32,000 nt of DNA from Nitrosopumilus sp. (lineage in GTDB: Archaea; Thermoproteota; Nitrososphaeria; Nitrososphaerales; Nitrosopumilaceae): NCBI GenBank assembly GCA_963662625.1, contig OY759726.1, positions 1,507,446-1,539,445 on the forward strand. Direction: 5' to 3'. A program made the translations under genes and the position numbers. The notes below the pieces were generated by a model. It was not told the DNA's origin. It made no database searches and was given only the letters and a program-made list of their open reading frames with translations. Positions 24,776 through 31,140 of the stretch are shown here, in pieces; position 1 is the stretch's first letter, and every line of letters begins with the position of its first letter.

Positions 24776-25944
24776 CAATGAACATCTCCCATCATTTTCA
24801 TTTGAATTATGTTTTCCACATCTTCATTACTCTTAGAACCGGTAATAAATTCCCTAAATAATATGTCTGCCGCTCCTTGTCCAATATTGCACTTTTCATG
24901 TGCTAAAATCACAGGAATAGGGATGTGTCTTCCGGGTGCAGCCCACCTAACGATAGATTTGATTGCTTCGATTACTAAATCATTTTTAACAAATTTTTTG
25001 CTTGGAGACAACGCAATATCTACACGAATAGGGCTGGAGACATAGCCATTTGCCATCAGAAATGTTAAAACATCCACACCATTGTTCTGATATTCATTTG
25101 CGGCTTTTTTACCAATTTCGCCAGTTTTTCCTTTAGAGTTAATCTCTGAAAGTAAAATTGGTTCAGTGTAAGCAAGACAGTCTTTATCATTTTTTAGATA
25201 CTCTGTAAAAATATGTACTGCTAAATTTTTATCTGAAAGCATATTTTCAAATTCAACTGATTCGCTTAAAGGAAAAAATGATTTGTAATGGTTGGAGAAT
25301 AATGTTCCGCTAATTCTTTTTACGATTCCAATTAACTGTGCTCCTCTCGAAAAACCCTGTTTGATCGCAAATGTCCTTCCTTCAACGTATTGTTTTTGAT
25401 TTTCGAACGGAGGATCAATAATTGGACCATCAAGAAAAATAATTCCATCGCTTTCTTTTTTCCTAGACATCGCCGTAACCTTTAACGCTTCTGTTTCCAT
25501 ATCCATCATGAATTTTTCCGCCGCAGCGCCTGCGCCTTTCTCGTCAATTTGATTTATTGTTCGAATTGCTGGAGTTACTAGAACATCAACGTCAGAATCA
25601 TAACCTTGGGGATACCTTATTCTTGCGACGCTGTAAAAAATCATCCACCCGCCATCTGGTCTGGGGTATTTTTGCAGACTTCCATCTACGGCATCTGTAA
25701 GCGTTTTGGCATATTCAGAAAGATCTGTTTTTGTCAAATCCATTTTATGAATAATGCTTTTCGAAACCATTAGTGAGAGAGCTTTCTTAGCACTTTTGCG
25801 ATATTCTTTGGCAGATTGCTTCATTGCCTCGGATTGTTTTGATGTTTCCTCAACAAATTTTACCATGGCTTCTGCAGGAAGCTTGTTGAAGCTAAGCATG
25901 TTGAGTTCTCTACGAAGCTGTTCTTCTTTGTATAAATCAGGCAT
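24775..25944 (-). CDS. nurA: NurA-like nuclease, first gene of the island operon
   Basis: NurA motifs occur in order: 'TDAVDGS', 'MDMETEAL', 'IIFLDGPIIDPP', 'LIGIVKRISGT', 'PVILAHEKCNI'. Confidence 0.7.
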   Translation of the reverse strand: MPDLYKEEQLRRELNMLSFNKLPAEAMVKFVEETSKQSEAMKQSAKEYRKSAKKALSLMVSKSIIHKMDLTKTDLSEYAKTLTDAVDGSLQKYPRPDGGWMIFYSVARIRYPQGYDSDVDVLVTPAIRTINQIDEKGAGAAAEKFMMDMETEALKVTAMSRKKESDGIIFLDGPIIDPPFENQKQYVEGRTFAIKQGFSRGAQLIGIVKRISGTLFSNHYKSFFPLSESVEFENMLSDKNLAVHIFTEYLKNDKDCLAYTEPILLSEINSKGKTGEIGKKAANEYQNNGVDVLTFLMANGYVSSPIRVDIALSPSKKFVKNDLVIEAIKSIVRWAAPGRHIPIPVILAHEKCNIGQGAADILFREFITGSKSNEDVENIIQMKMMGDVH

Positions 25945-25967
25945 AAATATAGGATGATCTTGCTATG

Positions 25968-25975
25968 TTTATAAT
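25968..25975 (-). promoter_or_regulatory. TATA box of the island operon (leaderless spacing)
   Basis: The minus strand reads ATTATAAA, centred about 27 nt upstream of the ATG at 25944. Confidence 0.5.
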
Positions 25976-26352
25976 ATTTTAGTGTGGATAATGCGGCAGT
26001 CTGTACACATGATAACCAACCAGACGTATCTGCATCAACGGATCGACTCTTTGCATGTGGGCCCAGTGCCCTTGAGCTTGAGTGGGGCAACCGAGCTGGT
26101 TGTGTATTGGGCCTAGTGCCTTAACAGGCGTGTGTATATTCCTGCCCGTCAGACATTTGAAAGGATGTGATGGGAAAGGATTAGAAAGACAAGCACAGGG
26201 ATAGACATAGGGGAGGAAAACTGCGACATGTGCATGGTGGATATGCCGGGACGATCCTCGAGGGAGGGCATTACCCCAACACCCGGGACGGAGCGTGGAA
26301 GTTTGTGAGAGTGATGGCGCGCAGGTGCCTGGGGGCGGCTCCCGGAGCATAG

Positions 26353-26362
26353 AAAATAAAAG
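26353..26362 (+). promoter_or_regulatory. TATA-like box of the OLD-family nuclease gene
   Basis: AAAATAAAAG is centred about 26 nt upstream of the ATG at 26384. Confidence 0.45.
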
Positions 26363-26383
26363 TATCATGCGTACCTGAAACCC

Positions 26384-28441
26384 ATGCGCCTGGCAAGCTT
26401 TCATATAAAGAAGTACCGCTCCATCGAGGACTCTGGTGAAATACGAGTTGATGAAAACGTCACGACTTTTGTAGGGATCAATGAAAGCGGCAAGACAAAC
26501 GTCCTGCGAGCACTAAAGAGGCTAAACCCTATAGAGGACACCTGCTTCAATGATCTTGCCGAACAGCCCACATGGCACTTTGAAAGCATGGATCCGGAGG
26601 AAGTCTTCGTCACCGCAACTTTCAAACTAAGCGGTAAAGAAAGAGACAGGGTTAGTGAAATCAGCGGCAGGCTGGTGCAACTAGACGAAGTCAAGTTCAG
26701 CAGGAGAAAGAATATGAATCTTATTTGTGATCTTGAGGCCGAGCAAGAGGCGATCCACTTTGATGCGTTTGACAGGAACTACCTGCAACCCATACTCGCC
26801 ATCCTTAACTCTGTTAATCCGAACGCCTTTGAGCGTGGTCAGGGGCAGAAGGACATCATCATAGGAATATTCGAAGACATAGTACATGGTTACGAAGGGA
26901 AGTCAAACGTGAGGCAGCCACAAACCCTTGCTTCAATAAAGCAACGCATGAAGTATTTCACACACACGTTATCTGTAATTTCGGGCGACCACGCAAAAAA
27001 AGCCTCGATTAATTCTGCGATTGAAAGGATATACTCCGAAGTGACGGAGGATCCTACAGAAAAAATAAAGGAATACCTTGTCAAAGCTCTGCCCCGGTTC
27101 ATTTATTTTGCAAACGTTGCCATAATAGACAGCAGGATTCACCTGCCGACGTTTGTCAAAAAACTTGATGCGAGTGGGCTGAGCGAAGACGAAAAAACTG
27201 CAAAGACTCTACTGGATCTGGCAGGTTTGGACGCAAAAGACCTGCACAAGCTAAGCACGGATGGAAATGACCGCGCAGAGGTTCGAGAAAACCATGACAG
27301 GTTGGATAGGTTGCTGAGTGGCGCATCAACGAAGGTCTCCAACGAGATTGACAGTATCTGGGATCAAAACGACCACGACATAGAGTTCAGGGTTCAAGGA
27401 GAGAATTTCAGGGCATGGGTGATCGACAGGAAAGACAAGACAAAACTCCAACTGGAGGAGGGAAGCAGGGGATATCGGTGGTATTTTTCCTTCTACGTGA
27501 TTTTCAGCGCAGAATCAAAGGGGAGACACAAAGACGCGATAATTTTGCTTGACGAGCCGGCGCTGTACTTGCACCCGAAGGCGCAGTCGGACCTTCTCAA
27601 AAACGTGCTTCCAAAGATGGCGGAAAAAAACCAGATCCTATACACCACGCACTCGCCTTTCATGGTGAACCTGAGTGATCCGGCCAGCATCCACACTGTC
27701 ACGCTAAAGGACATCGAACTGGAAGGCCGGGCCGCTAGGAAAGTCACGCAGATATCTGACAAAGTATGGGACGACGACCGCATGGCACTGTTCCCATTAC
27801 AATCTGCGCTTCATTACACAATGGCACAATCTATGTTCATCGGCAAAAAAAACCTCATAGTGGAAGGCGTCACAGATCTTTGGATGCTGGGCGCTGCTTC
27901 GGCCCTCTTGGAATCTGCCGGCAAAACTCATTTGAAGCAGGATTTCGTGCTTGTCCCGGCCGGGGGAGCAACCAAGTCGGTATTCTTTGCGAGCACGTAC
28001 AAGTCACAGGGATTGGACGTCGCGGTCCTGCTTGACGCCGATCCAGAGGGGGAAACTGCACATGACTTGCTTGTTAAGAACAAGGTACTCCGAGGTCAGA
28101 AGGTCGTCCTGATCAACGAGATGCTGGGCAAGAATGGCAACATGTCGATTGAAGACGTGTTTCCGGAGGATTACTACCTGAAATTCGTAGAATCAGCCTA
28201 TCAAAATGAACTCAATGAAAAGAAAATCGAAAGAATCACGCTTACGTCGCAAGATCCGATGGTGCTGAGGAGAATAGAAGAATTCTTCAGGGAGAAAGGC
28301 CTGCCAGAATTCCACAAGGGTAGGCCAGCGCGTGCTATACTGGAAGAGTTTGGTCAAGCCGATACGAATGCCCTTCCTGAGGTTCTTATCTGCAGGCTTG
28401 AGAAACTGTTTGCGGGGATTAACAAACTGATGGGCGGTTGA
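26384..28441 (+). CDS. OLD-family ATP-dependent endonuclease (ABC-type ATPase fused to Toprim)
   Basis: N-terminus 'FHIKKYRSIEDSGEI..TTFVGINESGKTNVLRAL' (Walker A), 'GSRGYRWYFSF' (signature-like), 'AIILLDEPALYLHP' (Walker B), 'ILYTTHSPFMV' (H-loop). C-terminal Toprim 'NLIVEGVTDLWML' and 'AVLLDADPEGE'. Confidence 0.85.
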   Translation: MRLASFHIKKYRSIEDSGEIRVDENVTTFVGINESGKTNVLRALKRLNPIEDTCFNDLAEQPTWHFESMDPEEVFVTATFKLSGKERDRVSEISGRLVQLDEVKFSRRKNMNLICDLEAEQEAIHFDAFDRNYLQPILAILNSVNPNAFERGQGQKDIIIGIFEDIVHGYEGKSNVRQPQTLASIKQRMKYFTHTLSVISGDHAKKASINSAIERIYSEVTEDPTEKIKEYLVKALPRFIYFANVAIIDSRIHLPTFVKKLDASGLSEDEKTAKTLLDLAGLDAKDLHKLSTDGNDRAEVRENHDRLDRLLSGASTKVSNEIDSIWDQNDHDIEFRVQGENFRAWVIDRKDKTKLQLEEGSRGYRWYFSFYVIFSAESKGRHKDAIILLDEPALYLHPKAQSDLLKNVLPKMAEKNQILYTTHSPFMVNLSDPASIHTVTLKDIELEGRAARKVTQISDKVWDDDRMALFPLQSALHYTMAQSMFIGKKNLIVEGVTDLWMLGAASALLESAGKTHLKQDFVLVPAGGATKSVFFASTYKSQGLDVAVLLDADPEGETAHDLLVKNKVLRGQKVVLINEMLGKNGNMSIEDVFPEDYYLKFVESAYQNELNEKKIERITLTSQDPMVLRRIEEFFREKGLPEFHKGRPARAILEEFGQADTNALPEVLICRLEKLFAGINKLMGG

Positions 28442-28676
28442 GTTGGAGTACAGCACAAGTGCACGAGGCGGGATTTCTGCCATGTGATTTACGTGATCAG
28501 GATCCGTCCCGAAATACACCGAGATGTCCAAAAACACCCCCGCCACGAGCCCCGTGCCGCAGGCGCAGGTCAAGACCTGCCCTCGCATACAACATGGTGG
28601 CACGGTGCTGTGGATGTTTGCTGGGACGGCGTTTCGCTTGCCTTCCCACAATGGCAACCTCGCGCAAGAACAAGGC

Positions 28677-28682
28677 ATTTAT
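28677..28682 (+). promoter_or_regulatory. TATA-like element upstream of egtD
   Basis: ATTTAT is centred about 26-27 nt upstream of the in-frame TTG at 28706. Confidence 0.3.
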
Positions 28683-28705
28683 GCCCGCCGGGCCGAACCC
28701 ACAGC

Positions 28706-29728
28706 TTGGACGAGGGGGTCCCGGGGGGCCGGGCCTACGAGAGGTTCACGGCGGGCCCGGGCCTCAGCTACTACAGGCCGCGCAGGGCGGTAACCGAGGG
28801 GGAGTTCGCGCGCGAGGTGTCGGCGTCGCTGGGCCGCGACCCGAAGTCGATCCCCCCGAAGTTCTTCTACGACAGGAGGGGCTCCGGCCTGTTCGAGCGG
28901 ATATGCTCCCTGCCCGAGTACTACCCCGCCCGCACGGAGATCTCGCTGCTCGGGGGGCTCGCCGGCGGCCTGCCTGGGCACCTGGACGGGGGGTTCAGGC
29001 TGGTGGAGCTCGGCAGCGGCTCGTCCGTGAAGACGAGGCTGCTCATCGACGCGCTGGGCGGGTCCCAGTGGCCGGTCGAGTACTTTCCCATAGACGTCTC
29101 CGAGGTGCTCGAGGAGAGCTCGAGGCGCCTCATCGCCGACTATGACGGCCTGAGCATCACGGGGATAGTCGACACGTACGAGGCGGGCATGGAGTTCCTC
29201 GGGAAGCTCGACGACAGGCGGAACCTGGTGGCGTTCCTGGGCTCCAGCTACGGCAACTTCCTCCCCGCGGACGGCGCGGCGTTCCTCGGGGCGCTGCATT
29301 CCGCGATGGGGCCGGGCGACCTGTTCCTCATCGGCCTCGACATGGTCAAGGACGCGGCGGTCCTGGAGGCCGCCTACGACGACCCCCTCGGGGTGACCGC
29401 GGAGTTCAACCTCAACGTCCTGTCCAGGATGAACCGGGAGCTCGGGGCCGACTTTGACCTGGGGAGGTTCGAGCACCACTCCACGTACAACGCCGCCGAG
29501 CGGCGGATCGAGATGTACGTCCGGTCGCTTGCCGACCAGTCGGTCCGCATCCCCGCGTGCGGCATGACGGTGCGGCTGGGCCGGGGCGAGCTCATCCACA
29601 CGGAGTACTCTTACAAGTTCACGCCCGGGCAGGTCCGCTCCGTGCTGCGCGGCGCCGGGTTCGGGGTGAGGCAGACGTGGCGGGACCGCAGGGGCTACTT
29701 TTCCCTGACGCTCGCGTCCAGGGACTAG
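28706..29728 (+). CDS. egtD: L-histidine N-alpha-methyltransferase (EgtD-like, ergothioneine pathway)
   Basis: 'SIPPKFFYDRRGSGLFERICSLPEYYPARTE', 'LVELGSGSSVKTRLLI', 'FLGSSYGNF', 'LIGLDMVKD', 'IHTEYSYKF'. The track ORF starts at 28484, but the first ~74 codons look non-coding. TTG 28706 gives about 340 aa, a typical size. Confidence 0.8.
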   Translation: MDEGVPGGRAYERFTAGPGLSYYRPRRAVTEGEFAREVSASLGRDPKSIPPKFFYDRRGSGLFERICSLPEYYPARTEISLLGGLAGGLPGHLDGGFRLVELGSGSSVKTRLLIDALGGSQWPVEYFPIDVSEVLEESSRRLIADYDGLSITGIVDTYEAGMEFLGKLDDRRNLVAFLGSSYGNFLPADGAAFLGALHSAMGPGDLFLIGLDMVKDAAVLEAAYDDPLGVTAEFNLNVLSRMNRELGADFDLGRFEHHSTYNAAERRIEMYVRSLADQSVRIPACGMTVRLGRGELIHTEYSYKFTPGQVRSVLRGAGFGVRQTWRDRRGYFSLTLASRD

Positions 29729-31140
29729 GCGTCCCCGGCGCACCTGAACCCGGCGATCATCCACCGCTCGTCCAGCCTGAAGAAGTTCCTGTAGCTCCCG
29801 CGTATCGACGCCGAGGGCGTCCCGAACGAGCCGCCCCTCAGGACCTTCTGGCCGGTGAACCACTTGTCGTTGTACTCGTCGAACCCGGACCTGAACCCGG
29901 GGTACCCGGAAAACTCCGACGACGTCCACTCCCAGGCGTCCCCCACCATCTGCTGGCACCCGTAGTGGCTCGCGCCGCCCGGGTACGACCCGGCGCCGGA
30001 GCACGCCCAGAGGTGCGACTCCAGCAGGTTGCACCTTTCCGGCGAGGGCGGCCCGTCCCCCCACGGGAACAGCGTCTTCCTCTGCCCGCCCTCGTCCCAG
30101 CAGGCGGCCTTCTCCCACTCCGCCTCCGTCGGCAGCCTCTTTCCGGCCCACCTGCAGTACGCGTCGGCCTCGTAGTAGCTGACGTGGCACACCGGCTCGT
30201 CGGGGTCGATCCTCCTAGATCCGAGGAAGTCCCTGGTCGTCCACCCGCCCCCGTCCCTCTCCCAGTACATCGGCGCCTCCCACCCGTTGGCCTTGACCTT
30301 CTCCCACCCGTCGGCCAGCCAGTGCCTGTAGGTGCCGTACCCGCCGTCCTCGACGAACTCCGCGTACTGCCGGTTCGTCACGGGGAACAGGTCGATCTCA
30401 TAGTCCTCCAGGTAGACCGCGTGCTCGGGGAGCTCGATGTCGTAGCAGAACCCGTCCCCGCCGTACCCCATGGTGTACAGCCCGCCGCCGATCCTGGCCG
30501 ACCCTTCCCCGGGCGCGGCCCGCGCCGGCGGATCGCTCCTCCTGGCCGGCCTGTACAGGTCGGCGAGCATGTGCTGCAGGTCGTACACCAGCAGCTCCTG
30601 GTGCTGGCACTCGTGGTGGACGCCCATCGTGAGGAGCCCCGCGCCCTCGGCGCCCAGGGAGCCCGAGCCGATCAGCCCCTCGACCCGCCGGCTGACCTCC
30701 CCAAAGTACTCGAATATCTGGCCGGCCGTCGGCCTGGTGGCGGCGCCGCGCAGCCCCTTGTCGTTTGGAACGCCGAACTGCTGGTAGTACGAGTTGAGGT
30801 ACCGGGAGTACTCCTCGGAGTAGAACTCGTACCCCTCGGCCACCTTGCTCATTATCGCCTCGTACACCCAGCTCACGTGGCCGACGTGCCACTTTGGCGG
30901 GCTGGCAAACGCCGCAGTCTGGACGCCGAGGTCGTCGGCCTCCAGCGTGCCGACCATCTCCAGCGTCCTCGCCCTGGTCTCCCTGAACAGTTCCAGCAGG
31001 GCGCCGGCCCGCGCCCCCGCCGCGCCGTCCCTCAGCGCGGATCGCCGCCCCCCATGCTCAGTACCCCCGGGCGAACACCGGGACCGACTCGCTTGCCCCC
31101 CCGCAGCGCACGCACCTGGAGGAGGCGTCCTCCGAGCCAA
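29725..31140 (-). CDS. egtB: Ergothioneine sulfoxide synthase (EgtB-like; DinB_2 + FGE-sulfatase domains)
   Basis: 'SPPKWHVGHVSWVYE', 'HHECQHQELL', 'FPVTNRQYAEFVEDGGY', 'RLPTEAEWEKAA', 'GDAWEWTSSEFSGYPGF', 'VLRGGSFGTP..RNFF..RW..GFRCA'. The only upstream start is TTG 31140, which overlaps the proS 3' end by 83 nt, so the start is uncertain. Confidence 0.85.
   Translation of the reverse strand: MARRTPPPGACAAGGQASRSRCSPGGTEHGGRRSALRDGAAGARAGALLELFRETRARTLEMVGTLEADDLGVQTAAFASPPKWHVGHVSWVYEAIMSKVAEGYEFYSEEYSRYLNSYYQQFGVPNDKGLRGAATRPTAGQIFEYFGEVSRRVEGLIGSGSLGAEGAGLLTMGVHHECQHQELLVYDLQHMLADLYRPARRSDPPARAAPGEGSARIGGGLYTMGYGGDGFCYDIELPEHAVYLEDYEIDLFPVTNRQYAEFVEDGGYGTYRHWLADGWEKVKANGWEAPMYWERDGGGWTTRDFLGSRRIDPDEPVCHVSYYEADAYCRWAGKRLPTEAEWEKAACWDEGGQRKTLFPWGDGPPSPERCNLLESHLWACSGAGSYPGGASHYGCQQMVGDAWEWTSSEFSGYPGFRSGFDEYNDKWFTGQKVLRGGSFGTPSASIRGSYRNFFRLDERWMIAGFRCAGDA

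Noticed and set aside
25979-26404. 141-aa minus-strand ORF covering the divergent intergenic spacer.
   Set aside because: It would overlap the OLD gene's start and promoter, it has an odd His/Pro/Cys-rich composition, and it lacks a TATA at the right spacing. I treat it as non-coding regulatory spacer.
28193-28678. 161-aa minus-strand ORF spanning the OLD gene 3' end and the spacer before egtD. The 'GTGLVAGVFLDISVYFGTDPDHVNHMAEIP' part looked like a possible fragment of a gene disrupted by island insertion.
   Set aside because: Half of it is antisense to OLD. I could not match the remainder to any family or to a complementary fragment at the left island border (14.08-14.44 kb). It is kept only as a note under the island-boundary finding.
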